From the NCBI GenBank assembly GCA_024137785.1, contig JAHRHZ010000048.1, positions 5,975,618 to 6,039,617 of the forward strand: a stretch of DNA of 64,000 nucleotides, written 5' to 3'. The notes beneath the pieces are model-generated. The model saw only the letters and a program-made list of their open reading frames with translations. It ran no database searches and had not been told where the DNA came from. Positions 1 to 12,765 of this stretch are shown here, one piece after another. Each line of letters starts with the position of its first letter. Position 1 is the stretch's first letter. Source of the stretch: Ginglymostoma cirratum (Eukaryota). The translations under genes were made by a program, and so were the position numbers.

Positions 1-99
1 TAAACCCTTCTGATGAAGGGTTTAGGCCCGAAACGTCAAGTTTTCCTGCTCCTATGATGCTGCTTGACCTGCTGTGTTCATCCAGCCCCATGCTTGTTA
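1..99 (+). mobile_element. Penelope terminal-repeat mini-element (family A) with intact hammerhead at 7-40
   Basis: Near-identical to 25566-25658; begins with taaacccttc, the end of an inverted arm. Confidence 0.85.
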
Positions 100-433
100 G
101 CTGGACCAATAGTCTGGGACTGCATGCAACAAATGTCACACTCCTAGCTTTCTTTTAAAGCAACAGCTTGTTTTCATGTGGCCAATTCCACAACTTCAGG
201 ATGTCCCAAATTGCTTCACAACCAATAAAGTACTTCTGAAGTAATAACTATTGTAATACAGAAAACAAAGCAGACAACATGCATTCAGCGAAGTCCCACA
301 AAAAGCAAGATAACTGACCAAGTCATTGTCTATTCCCAGATGACTGATCTAATTCAGTGTGTAGATATTGTCCAGGTTACAGGAATAACATTGCTCCACT
401 TCTTTGAATACTGACATTGCTTAATCAAACCAC

Positions 434-761
434 GGGCAGCACAGTGGCTCAGTGCACTGCCGCCGAACAGCACGAGGGACCCGGGCTCAATACTAGCCTC
501 AGGCAGCTGTCTGCGTGGAGTTTGCACATTCGTCCTGTGTCCACATGGGTTTTCTCCCACAGCCCAAAGATGTGCAGGTTAGGTGGACTGGTCATGCCAA
601 ATTGCCCATAGGGTCCAGGAATGTGCAGGTTAGGTGGATTAGCCACGGGAAATGAAGGGTTACAGGGATAGGGTGGGGTGGGATGCTCTTCGAAAGGTCA
701 GTGTGGGCTTGATGGGCTGAATGGCAAGCTTGAGCACTGTAGGGGTTCTATCATTCTATGA
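434..761 (+). mobile_element. HE1-like tRNA-derived V-SINE
   Basis: tRNA head, gtctgcgtggagtttgcacatt V-domain-like core, duplicated gatgtgcaggttaggtgga, tail gattctatga. Confidence 0.85.
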
Positions 762-1641
762 AACCAGAGAGAGCAGTCAGACTGTTGGTTTAACATCTCA
801 TCAGAAAGGCAACAGCACTTTGGTACTGCACTGAAATAGCATTTAAAGCTACAAACTTCTGACTTGGAGAATGTTACCACTGAGCTGATTCATACAAGTC
901 AAATGCCACAGCTGTCTAACAAGGTCTATTATTTCTAGTATGCTTTGTTCTTTTCCTTTCCTTTCCTTTCCTTTCATTTCATCTCAAAGCCTACTGAATG
1001 CTGTAATATCTAGATACTTTTCTCCTTTTTGGGAAGTGACAGATTATTGTTGTGATTGGAAACCAATGATTGTATCAACCTTTGAATATACATGTACCAA
1101 ATAATTACTTAAACACTTGTGTAATCAAAGAAACATAGCAAACTATTGACCTAACAGATTAAAATTGATTGGTAAAGTTAATTAAGCCAGCTGCAAGCGC
1201 TTCATTACAAGTAATTCTAGACAGCTGCACATTGATGCTCCAGAAGTATTCAAATCTGGTATACAATGTACGGTCAATGCTTAAATTTACAAAACCAATG
1301 CATCAGGTTCAAGCACAAGTTTTAAATTTTGACCTTGCTTAACTATTTCCAGGCTCACTGTAAAAAAATATATTTTAATATGGCTATTTACTTCTTCCCT
1401 CCCAACGTAATTCCAGTTCTAAAGCCCTTTCAAGAGGGAGATGTTAGCAATGTAATACCACTGCAGTGGTACACCATAGGCATAAGGTAATGCTCTGGGG
1501 TACAAATTCAAATCACACCTGGAAAGTAGGAGAATTTGAATTCAATGAATAAAATCTGTAATTTAAAGCTAATCTCAGTAATAGCAATCATGACAACCAT
1601 CATTGATTACCATAAAATAAACAATTTGGTTTATTAATGGA

Positions 1642-1881
1642 GACAAAATCAGAAACTGCAGGAAAAGCTCAGCAGGTCTGGTAGTATCTGTGGAGAGGAA
1701 ACAGAGTTAACATTTCACGTCCAGTAACTCTTCATCAGAGCCCTTCTGAAGAAGGATCACTGGACCCGAAACGAGAATTGTGCTTTCTCTCCACTGTTGC
1801 TGCCAAACTTGCTGAGCTTTTCTAGCAATTTCTGTTTTTGTTTCCGATTTCCAGCATCCACAGTTCTTTGGGTATTTTTTC
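1642..1881. mobile_element. Family B Penelope mini-element, head-to-head arms with decayed hammerheads
   Basis: ctgaagaaggatcactggacccgaaac (+) and ctgatgaagagttactggacgtgaaat (-); attaatgga repeated on both flanks. Related single arms at ~3808-3926, 22935-23060, 30290-30415, 54280-54385 and 62960-63065. Confidence 0.75.
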
Positions 1882-1889
1882 ATTAATGG

Positions 1890-2223
1890 AAATGTGGGTT
1901 CAAACATCGGCATGGCAACTGATGGAATTTAAATTCAATTTTAAAAACCTGAAACTAGAAACTTGTCCCAATAATGGCGACCATAAAACCACTAAGTATT
2001 GTCATAGTTACCCTTCAGATTTACTAATATTCCTAAGGGAAGGGAATCTGCCATCCTTATCCGGACTGGCCAAAATGCGACTTCAGATCCACAGAAAAGT
2101 GGGTGACTCTTAACTGTCCTCCGAGAAGGCTGAACAAGTCACTTGTTTCAAGGGTAAGTATGGATGAACAACAAATGCTGCCCTTGCCAGTGATGCTTAC
2201 TTCCCCTCCCATGAAAGAATAAA
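1890..2223 (+). mobile_element. SINE made of the LINE head/body joined to the LINE tail (related pieces at 1465-1640 and 58215-58510 minus)
   Basis: Body matches 8880-9110; ends caaatgctgcccttgccagtgatgc...catgaaagaataaa like the LINE tails at 23320-23385 and 47030-47095. Confidence 0.7.
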
Positions 2224-2734
2224 TATTAGATGAGAAGCAAGTTTTATGTTCATACCAGCTTAACTTGTTGAAAGTAAAGTCAGTAGGTACACAGAATCTC
2301 AATTGTTGAATGCAAGAGGAAAGAAAATTGGGTTTATGACGTGGTGTATCATATCCTCAGGAGCACCAAGAACTTGATATTGAACACATTCTCTGAAGCA
2401 CAGTCACTGTAATCAAATAAAACCGTAAATCATTCCCGCAAAAGCGCCCATAAAGCACAAAAGTGGGTCTAAAATCACAAACATGCAAAGTCCTAACAGG
2501 ATAGAGAAACTTATTTAAAATAAAAAGGAGAAAAAGAACAGAGGCACATTGCCAAAACAAAGAATCCTAAACATAGCATTTAATTGAAGAACACTGTATC
2601 ACCACGGTCCCAACCTCTTATGGCAGTTATGCCAGGACACTGGCAAAACTCTCACAAAATATTTGCACCCTTTCTTTACCTCACAGAGGGTCTCGTTGTT
2701 TAAACAGAAAAACAGTTTTAAAAGACTTCCATAC

Positions 2735-2949
2735 CTGAAGCCCCAGCCATCAATAGCACTTCCAAACACCACATTTCCCTGGTCGGGGGCAAAGTAGAGA
2801 TGCGAATCATCTGTTTCTTCCAGGCCAGCACTCCAGTCATAGAAATGTTCACTGCTCTTGGTGTCTGAACTGGGTTTTTCTGTTTCTTCCATCTCTGCTC
2901 TCTCTTCCAATACTTTTGAAGTAAACAGACTCCCAGTCACTGCATTTAC
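2735..2949 (-). CDS. EFL1: EFL1 coding exon 6 (gene continues beyond the left edge)
   Basis: tttcag acceptor, 215 nt, [19 protein letters not shown]...[37 protein letters not shown]|gtatgg; EFL1-specific insert. Confidence 0.97.
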
Positions 2950-3963
2950 CTGAAACGTTCACATATTAGAGACTAAAATAAGACCAATTTCAAACTTATT
3001 ACTTTCACACACTCAGAAAAATCTTGTCAAGAGACAACAATCTAAATAATGGATGACAACAGTGCAACTGTCACAACGACCATTATCATTTTGGTTTTAG
3101 ATATTATCATGGTTCACTATATGTTCAGTTTTTGCCCCTCTTTGCTCTTGTTCCCAGGCACAGAGAGGAAATGAGGGTTGACACTCGGTACATAAGCTCT
3201 CCCCTGCCACAAGACTGCCCCGGAATTTTCTCGTTGACCTACAAAATTGCATGCCTATTCTTGCGCCAAACATTATAAGCTTTAAGCCTATGGTGTAGAG
3301 GACGTTTACATCAGTTTAATGCAATATTCATTAACTAATTATTAGTTTCCATTTTAATATACAGGAAAAACAACCAGAAAGTATCATTCTAAACATTAAA
3401 GGTATTATCAATTAACAACAGTCTGTCATGTCCTCTGTAAATAACCGTGATGATGGTTTAAATAAATAAACAAACATGGTGTCCTCATTCTTCCAGCATT
3501 TCTCTTGCTCCATAGCTATCTTCCTATTAAGCTAATATGGGCTTTTATCAGAGAAAGTGACCCAATTTCCAATTGTGCGTTGCACCCGTAATCTGCCGAA
3601 CGACCAGCTCATTAAAAGTACCCAACCTGCAGAATATTTTCACAAAAAACAAATTTAAGGGGGAAACGTCCATCCTTGCCCATCTATTTCAACATTTTAT
3701 TTCACAACTTCGATTTGCAGCCTTTCCTTTGGGTTCTGATCCACATTAGACTTCCATTTAGACTAACAATGCTGCAGATCAAAAGAAGCTGCTCCAAACT
3801 CAAACTCTTCTGAAGAGTCACTGGACCTGAAACTGAATTCTACTTTCTCTCCACAGATGCAGCCAGATCAGCTCAGCTTCTCCAGCAATTTCTGTTTTTG
3901 TTTGAGATATTCAGTATCCACAGTTTTATATTAGAATCTCGAGAACTCCCACAACATTGGTCT

Positions 3964-4028
3964 TTATATTATTATTATATTATATTATTATATTATGTTA
4001 TTATTATTTATATTATTATTATTTATAT
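3964..4028. repeat. (TAT)n-like microsatellite
   Basis: Imperfect attattatatt repeats abutting the Penelope inverted arm. Confidence 0.85.
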
Positions 4029-4029
4029 G

Positions 4030-4790
4030 CCTCGGTTTGCTGGGGTGATTGGCATTACTTCCGGTTCTGTTTTTCAGTGGTTTGTATGTCAGGTCCAGTT
4101 CAATTTGTTTGTTGATGGAGTTCTCGTTGGAATGTCAGGCCTCCAGGAATTCCCTGGCATGTCTCTGCTTGGCTTATGCTATTATGGATTTGGTGTCCCA
4201 GTCGAATTTGTGTCCTTCTTCGTCCATGTGTATTGAAGCCAGTGAGAACTGCTCATGTCTCTTGGTGGCTAGTTGGTGTTCGTAAAGGATCCCATGCCCA
4301 CAACCAATGACACTAACATAATATACAAAATACCATACAAGGATTGTACGAAATATTATATCAGCCAAACAGGAAGAAAACCAACAATAAGGATATATGA
4401 ACACCAACCAGTCACGACCAATTCTCACTCATCTCAATACACATGGACAAAGAAGGACACAAATTCGACTGGGACAACACATCCATCATAGCACGAGCCA
4501 AACAGAAACATGCCAGGGAATTCCTGGAGGCCTGACATTCCAACCAGAACTCCATCAATGAACACATTGATCTGGACCTGATAAAGAAACCACTGACAAA
4601 CAGAACTGGAAGTAATGTCAACCACTGGCAAACCGCTGAAGCATTGGTGTTCTGTCCCACTTGCTACTTATATATAGCAAGTGGGACAGAACACCAACGC
4701 TTCACCGGAGGCACACTGACGATGTTATCTAGCAGCCTGTCAAAACGCCTGCAGCCAAACCCACTGGCTCAGCGTGCAAGTCTACAACCC
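4030..4790 (+). mobile_element. Penelope-like element (Poseidon-type) 3' fragment with an inverted 5' segment (4030-4282)
   Basis: NIIYKIPYKDCTKYYISQTGRK...IYEHQ GIY-YIG, FDWD, REFLEAWHS; decayed hammerhead ctgacga...aaaacg near 4716-4747. Confidence 0.85.
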
Positions 4791-5425
4791 CAATCAGATA
4801 TATCAAAGAATAGGGATAAGGTGGGAGTGTGAAATAGTAATGGCAAATGAGATTCAAAGATGGCAGAAATACACCAATCAATGCTATAGATGTTACAAAG
4901 ATAATAAAATGACTCAGTTAAAGGCTCTGCATCTGAATGTGTGCAGCATTCCTAACAAAGTAACCGATAATGCACAGGGAAGTAAGTAAATACGATCTGA
5001 TCCACTACGGAGGAATGGTTTCAGGCTGACAACGACTGGGACCTGAATACTAAACAGAATATGACATTCAAGAAAAATAGAAAGCACTACAAAAGGTGGA
5101 GGGATAGCTTTATTATTCCAAGATAAAAATAGTCATAGTTGAACTTGGTTCCACAGATCAGGATATAGAATCAGTTTGGGTGGAGATGAGAAGCAAGAGG
5201 GGAAAGAAGCCACTAATGGGAGTAAGCTGACAGTAGCAATGATGTGGGACGAAGTGTACAAGAAAAATAACGGCTATTTGGCATAGAAATCATAATAATG
5301 ATAGGTGATTTTACTCTACGTATGAACTGGAAAAGTCATATTGGCAATATTAGCTTGGTTGAAGAGTACTTTCAAGACAATGCCTACGAACATCACAAGT
5401 TGGAAACAAACAGAAAGCAGGATAT

Positions 5426-5551
5426 TTCTGAGGGTTTAGGCCCGAAACGTCAAGTTTTCCTGCTCCTATGATGCTGCTTGACCTGCTGTGTTCATCCAGC
5501 CCCACGCTTGTTATCTCGGATTCTCCAGCATCTGCAGTACCTTTTATCTCC
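5426..5551 (+). mobile_element. Penelope mini-element (family A) inserted into an old CR1
   Basis: Family A sequence; TSD gaaagcaggatat at 5413-5425 and 5552-5564. Confidence 0.88.
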
Positions 5552-8500
5552 GAAAGCAGGATATATTTGACTTGCTATTGTGTAATGTGACAGGATTAGT
5601 TAATGACCTCAGAACAAAGCCAGCCCTCAGTAGCAAAGATCATATGTGGTTGAATTTTGCATCCAGTTTGAAAGGGGAAAGATTGAATCTAACACTAGCA
5701 TTTTAAACCTAAATAACAGCAACTAAAGGGCAAGAAAGCTGAGTTTGTTTAAGTGAACCGGCTTACCAGGCTCAAACTTAGATCAACAGAAACATAGTGG
5801 CAGACATTTAAGGGGATAATTCAGAATTGTCAGGAGAAGAGCACACTCATTAGAAAGAGAAAATTCTAAAAGGGAGGGTCCATCATCTGCGGTTAACTGA
5901 AGTTAGGGAAAGAATTTAAATTAAGGATAAAGCCTAAATGACAAAAGTAATTGTATTACAAAAAAAAAGTTGTGAAAACTATGGTACATCCTTAGAATGT
6001 CAATGTTGTTATTCAAATCCAATCCTTTAGATTTAAAAAGACTAATGGTAGACTATCTATAGACAACCATAAATCTAGAACAGAATTCCAGTCTAGCATG
6101 CAACTTCACATACAATTTATGATCCAAGTGAAGAATGCAATGATGTTTTCCAAGGAGTAACTCAGATAAAATGAAGTCAATCTGTGGTCAAATGACACCA
6201 AGTACACAGTACAGCTTTTACATTTTACCTAGTACATTTCAGCAATTTAATCTCTGTGTAAAACCATGGACTGTTAAGGATGATTCGATGAATTACCAAC
6301 TAAATAGTGTTTCAAGCAAAGCTATTCTCTGGATGCTTGAGATAATACAGGCACATTTCTTGGCCAAACCAAGTTTGCTTTGCACGAAGATTCACCACCA
6401 GAGTGTTGAATCAGTTCCATAACCCAACAGGACACCGACACCAAATCAACTAATTGATACTTAGTTGCATTAAAGTTCATATCCAGTGTGGGTCAAAGGT
6501 GGTCAGGCAAACTGCACAATCCAATTTTATTGTCATCTGTAGGCCACCTGTCGAAATATGTTTTAATGCTCCTTTCACCACTTAAAACGAGCAGAGAAAT
6601 AAATACCTAATATAGCAGGTGACTTTCATTTTCAATACTGTATTCAAACTAATTCGTGCATACTGCAGAATCATTTACTCCATACTGCTCCTTAGACGGT
6701 TGAATCCAAGACTGAGTCCCCATTATGAGAAATTTGTGAAAGGATGTTTGATGATTAAAAGAACTTGAAGTATAGTCAAGTCACCAGCACATTCAACTAC
6801 AGCTTCCATTTATACCTTTTCCCTGTAATGGATATGAAAAGCCTTCCTTCCTCTGTTACATTCCCTTTTACACCCTCAGCCTTGTACACCATGTGTCTGC
6901 TTCTTTTAAAAAAATTCAGCATATCTTCCTTTATTTTTGCTGTACTACTCTCACTGTCTTCATTTTGAGTTGAATTTTTACTTCTCCTCTATTTCTCAAT
7001 CATTTCTCCATCCCTTTTGTTTTCCCTTTAAGCTACAAATTTTGATTCAGTCCATAAATACTACCAACTGACAGTTGCTGTTTTCATTACTATTTCAGTA
7101 ACTATTGAATTGAAGTTGTGGCTCTGGTTCTTGTCTGTAAAATGCAAAAGTATGTGAATTATTTTAAATATATTTTCATTCACATAAATTCACAAGATCA
7201 CAAGTTATTGCAGTTGAGGGAGGTCATTCAGCCCCAATTAATTTATACCTCCATAAACACGCAAAACCACACTCTCCCAAGAAGGCATCCAATTGTTTCT
7301 CAAATGATTTCAGGATTTTGTCTCTGCAGGTCTTCCAGGAAGTCTATTTCATATGTTGATCATTTTTTGTATGAAGTAATTGCTGACATGAGCAGTAAAT
7401 TTATCATTTATTAGTTTGGACCTGTGCCCACTTATCTCACTATTCCAATTTAAGAATAAATCCAGAATAAAATTTTAAATTATCTTAAAAATTCTTCATA
7501 CATTGCATGTGTGCCAGCCCATACATTTCCTTAACTAATGCCACTAAAGCCCGCTCAGTACTGTTTGCGGGAGTTGGCGACGTACAATTCGGTGGTCACG
7601 CTATCCATAGACAAAATTCAGAAGTAATTCATTGGCTGTGAAATGCTACGGCACGTACTTGAATAAGAACGTCGCTACATGAGCAAATGATCGTTGAAGG
7701 CTTCTCTGGAAAGACATGCTTCCTGTTGAAAAGTCCAAGTTCGTCCAGATTTCACCACTGATTCCTTTGACATCCAATCAGTGTTTTTGTGCTGCACTTT
7801 TTCTCAACAGTTTTCTCAACGGTGCTCCGGTTTCCTCCCACAGTCCAACGATGTGTAGGTTAGGTTGTTTGGCCATGCTAAATTGCCCGTAGTGTTCAGG
7901 GAGGCGTAGATTAGGTGTGTTATAGGGGGATGGGTCTGGGTGGGATGGTCTGAGGTTTGGTGTGGACTTGTTGGGCCGAAGGGCCTGTTTCCACACTGTA
8001 GGGATTCTATGAAATCTCTTGATCAGAATGAGTCACAATACTCAAAGCACGTTACTTGAAGCAGCAGAATTTAGGATTCCCCAGTGTTATTCCACACTTT
8101 GCTGATTTTGTTGATTTCTGCCTTTGCATTTTTATCATCATGGTTCAGTCGAAGAAAATTCTGAGGTCTCTTTTGTGACATTAATCATGCGTATGCTGCC
8201 TGACTGTCTGTGAAATTCTTAAGCCAAGGAAATCTTGTTGCATCTTTATAGAGCATTAGTTAGGCACAGGCTCTGACAAACAGTACTGAGCTTTGATTTT
8301 CTTGGCATTGCTTTTCTTGGCATGGCTGGCACACATGCAACATATGCAGAATTTTTAAGATAAGAATAAATCTAGAATATAATTTTAAATTAAGTTGGAA
8401 TGGTAAAACAAATATGCAGTTCTGATCGCCACACTATTGAGAGGATGTGACTGCTCTGGAGAGGGTGCAGAAGAGATTCCAGAGGCTGGTAGAAATATGG

Positions 8501-8807
8501 AACATGCTGCCTGGGAGAGTGGTGGAAACAGATATTCTTGCAGCATTTAAGTAGTATGTGGATGAGCACTTAAAATACCAGGGCATTGTAGGCTATACAC
8601 CAAGTACAAGTCAATGGAATTAGCATAGTTTGGTGCTTATTGACCGGCACAGACATGATGGGCCAAAGAGTCTGGTTGTAGGCTGTACAACTCTATGACT
8701 CAAATTGTTAAGGGAAAAGTTGTGAGTAGTATCTTAGTTGCATTGTGACTACCAAAGAAGAGCCCCACCTCCTTTTACAACAGAGAGAGACCTATCCACT
8801 CCATGTG

Positions 8808-9337
8808 GAGGATGGGGTGAGGTAGTGGTATTGTCACTGGACTAACAATCCAGATACTGAGGCATCATGCTCTGGAAACATAGCTTTGAATCGCATCATC
8901 TAGATGAGGAAATTTGAATTCATTTAGTAAATCTAGAATTAAGAGCTAGTCTAATGGTGGCCATGAAACCATTATCAATGCTATCAAAACCCATCCAGTT
9001 TACTATAAAGTCCTTATGGAATGGAAAATCTGCTATCCTTGCCTAGGCTGGCCTATATGTGGCTCCAGATCCACAGTAATGAGGCTGACTTTTAAATGGC
9101 CTAGCAAGCTGCACAGTTGTATCGGACTGCTGAAGTCTAATAAAAGGAAAGAAACCGGACACACCACCCGACATCAACCAAGACACCAAAAACAACATGG
9201 GCACGCACAGCCTTGTCAACCCTGCAAAACCCCCTCACTAATATCTCGGATATTTTGCCAAAACTGGTCCACAGTCTTGTCCAGAAACAGCCTGACACAG
9301 TCATTCTCACAAAATTATCCATGACACCATCATCAGG
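8808..9337 (+). mobile_element. tRNA-headed LINE, 5' part (head plus start of APE)
   Basis: tRNA-like head, then QPDTVILT endonuclease motif; homologous to 42046-42450 and 10530-10920 (-). Confidence 0.7.
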
Positions 9338-9339
9338 AA

Positions 9340-10920
9340 GAGGTTTCCATGCCTATCTTTAACCTGACACTATGAGGCTTCAGGTATTTTGAGTCAATGT
9401 TGAGGATTCACAGTGCAAGCCTGGCTTGTATACCACCATGCCAAAATGGACAGTTTGGCTAAGATGGATAAGCATTTCTAGCTGAAGACTGCAAATATTT
9501 CAGCCTTATCTTTTGCACTAATGCACTGGGCTACCCCATTATGAGGTTGGGGATGTTTGTGGATTATCCTCCTCCAGTGAGTTGTTTAATTGTCCACCGC
9601 CAGTCATGACTGGATGTGACATGACTACAGAGCTTTGATTTGATCTGTTGGTTGTGGAATTGCATGGCTCTGTCCATCAGTTCCTACATATGTTGTTTGG
9701 CACAAGTAGTCCTGTTTTGTTGCTTCACCAGGTTGAAACCTCATTTTCTGGAATGCTTGGCACTGCTCCTGGCATGCCCTCCTGCACTCATCATTGAACC
9801 AGGGTTGATCCACTGGCTCGATGGTAATGCCAGGCTGAGATCACAGGTTGTGGTTGGAGTACAATTCAGCTGATGGCCAGCGTACAATTCATTTGATGGC
9901 CCACAGGGCCTCATGGATGCCCAATCTTCAGTTGCGAGATCTGTTTGAAGTCTGTCCCATTTAGTTTGGTGATACTGCTACACAGCACGATGGAGGATAT
10001 TCTCAATGTGAAGATGGGACTTTGTATCCAAAATGTCTGTGTGGTGGTCACTTTTACTGATATGGACATGGACAGAGAAATGCATCTGCAGCAGGCAGAT
10101 CTGAGAGAATGAGGTCAACTATGTTTTTTTCCCTTTTGTTGGTTCCCTCGCCAGCTGCTGCACATCCAGTCTAGCAGCAATGGCCTTTAGGACTCGATTT
10201 GTTCCTAACCAGCTTGAGCACTGAACCACTCTTGGTGGTGGTCACGAAAGTCCGAGCGTACATTCTGTACTCTTGGCACTCACAGTGCTTCCTCCAAATG
10301 CTGTTCAACACACACTAATTATAAACCGAGAGGAGCAATATGTGGCAATCAGCAGGTTTCCTTGACCACGTTTGACCTGGCATCAGAAGATATCATGATG
10401 TCAGAGATCAATGTAGAGGATAACATTCAAACCCAGATGTATATACTTATGGCATTACCTTGCTGGGTCTGTTCTACCAGTGGGACAGGACATACCCAGG
10501 GATGGTTTTGGTGCTGTGGAATGTGTGTGTAAGGTATGATTCCTTGAGTATGACGATGTCAGGCTCTTGCTTGACTAGCACTAGGCCCCAGATGATAGTA
10601 AGGAGGACTAACTGGTTGTGTTTGCCATAGTCGATGCCTTATTTCCACTTTTCTAGCAGTTGATACAACTGAATGCTTGTTAGGCCTATTCACAGGGCAA
10701 ATATGAGTCAACCACATTGCTGAGAGTCCAGGGTCAATTCAAGAACCAGAGAGATATTTCCCACAATCGATACTGGCTTCGTGACTTTCAAGTCATTGGA
10801 CACTTAATTCCAGATTTTTATTGATCTGCTGTGGTGGGATTCGAAACCAAGTCCCTAGAACATTAACTGCATCCCTCGACTACTACTTTAACAACAATAC
10901 CACTAGGGCATCGCCTCTCC
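9340..10920 (-). mobile_element. tRNA-headed CR1/L2-group LINE, 5' half
   Basis: Head with ggtttcgaatccc B box at ~10836-10848; VKQEPDIVILKESYL (APE) at ~10530-10575; DQPWFNDECRRA linker. Confidence 0.8.
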
Positions 10921-11015
10921 TGGTGCGCTTAGACTATAAGATGGATAAAGAACAAAGGATACACATGGTGCAAACAAATTTTCAACAAAATATTAGAAGT
11001 TGTTTTTATTTTTAC

Positions 11016-11153
11016 CTGTTCTAGAATCTTCTGTAAGTGAACGTAAGCTTCAAGTGGAGTCAATTTTAGCTCCATTATTAGTCGATCTATTTTGTTAATG
11101 ACTAAAACTGGACGAATATTTTCCAACCAGGCCTGGCGTAACACTGCTTGCGT
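11016..11153 (-). CDS. EFL1: EFL1 coding exon 5
   Basis: ttttcag acceptor, 138 nt, [49 protein letters not shown]|gtaaaa; NKID (G4) motif. Confidence 0.97.
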
Positions 11154-11455
11154 CTGAAAATAGAACAGCAACACTCCTGCTGATTTCCACATGGGAAGAA
11201 TTAATTCAACATTCACAGTACAGCAACTCAAAATGTTTTGGTGGTGCATACTAATTACTCTATTTCACTGCAAAATTTGCTAAAATATTAGTATTGAGAG
11301 TACCTATGAATAGTTAAAAACACATCTGGGTGAGTAAAATATTTCACTCTACTGTATTAAAAATGTCTCTGAAACAAAGGCACTTACAGCTTTGTACGTA
11401 TTTACTGTAAGTTTGAATTCTCAGTGAACAAAGTTTACTTGTTCCTTTTGGTTAC

Positions 11456-11589
11456 CTGAGGACAAACACCTTCAACAACATCGACCACCACGACAGCACC
11501 ATCACATACACGCACAGCAGTCGATACTTCAGAGGAAAAATCCACATGGCCAGGAGAATCTATCATGTTAATGAGGTATTCTTGATTAT
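11456..11589 (-). CDS. EFL1: EFL1 coding exon 4
   Basis: ttcccag acceptor, 134 nt, (D)[47 protein letters not shown]|gtaacc; DSPGH (G3) motif. Confidence 0.97.
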
Positions 11590-11720
11590 CTGGGAAAGAA
11601 GCAACATCTGGCGATCAAAACAATAAAAAAAGTCAACATGTAACATTTTAAGGCCATTTTTACAAATCGAATTTAGGGTACAAATCAGTACCCACTAAAA
11701 TAAACTTTAAACTTTTATGT

Positions 11721-11853
11721 GAGATAACAGGCATGGGGCTGGATGAACACAGCAGGTCAAGCAGCATCATAGGAGCAGGAAAACTTGACGTTTCGGGCCT
11801 AAACCCTTCATCAGAAATCTCGGATTCTCCAGCATCTGCAGTACCTTTTATCT
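11721..11853 (-). mobile_element. Penelope mini-element (family A): inverted arm plus forward tail; intact hammerhead at 11783-11818 (-)
   Basis: Reverse complement of the family A repeat; flanked by ctttaaacttttatgt at 11705-11720 and 11854-11869. Confidence 0.88.
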
Positions 11854-12680
11854 CTTTAAACTTTTATGTTTTCAGTTTCTGATTCTTATTTTTTACCTCA
11901 AGTCCAGCTTAATATTATCCATTACATCAGCAGAACAACTGACAAGATTTATATGATCATTCCTTCTTAGTGAATCGGAATTTTTTGAGAGTTTCTCTTC
12001 AGTCTCAACCACTTCAAGTTATCTTAGTGGTGGATATATTGACAAACAGGTGAACTCGCCTGATTTTTTTTTTTCTCAGTATATTTTCCCAGGATTAAAA
12101 TAAATTCAATCAACATGTTCAGAAATGTAATTATACACCTTTGCAGCAAGTGGGGCTTCACCCTAGCATCTTGACTCAGAGATAGGGACACTACCAATGA
12201 TAGTACCACATACGGACCTTAACTTCAAGGATTAGTCCAAAAGAAAAACATCTGTATTTATAATTAGGAGGAGAGACTTTAGGTACAAGCTCTATTTCTA
12301 CTGGAGAAGTGAACACCATGATACATAGGAGCAGAAGACAGCCAATCAGCCCATCAAGTCTGCTCCACCAATAAGTTAAATCATGGCTCATCTGATAGTC
12401 CTCAACTCTACTTTCCTGCCTTTTCCCCCATACCCTTGATTCCTTTACTGATTAACAAGCTGTCTTATCTCAGCCTCGAATATACTCAAGGACCCAGCCT
12501 CTACTGCCCACAGATTCACTATCCTCTTGATAAAAGAAATTCCACCACATCTGCATCTTAAATGTGTAACCCCGTAGGCTAAGATAATGCCCTCTGGTCC
12601 TTGGCTCTCCCACAAGGGAAAACAACCTCTCAAAATCTACCCTGCGATTCTGTGATGTTTAGGTTTTTGAAATTGCTTAC

Positions 12681-12765
12681 CTGTAGTGAAATGTAGTGAT
12701 ATGGAACTGGATTTCATTGTGATTCCACGGAGTTGCTCATCTTCTCGGCTGTCCATGTACCGCAA
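12681..12765 (-). CDS. EFL1: EFL1 coding exon 3
   Basis: polyT-gtag acceptor, 85 nt, [29 protein letters not shown]|gtaagc; RGIT (G2) motif. Confidence 0.97.
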
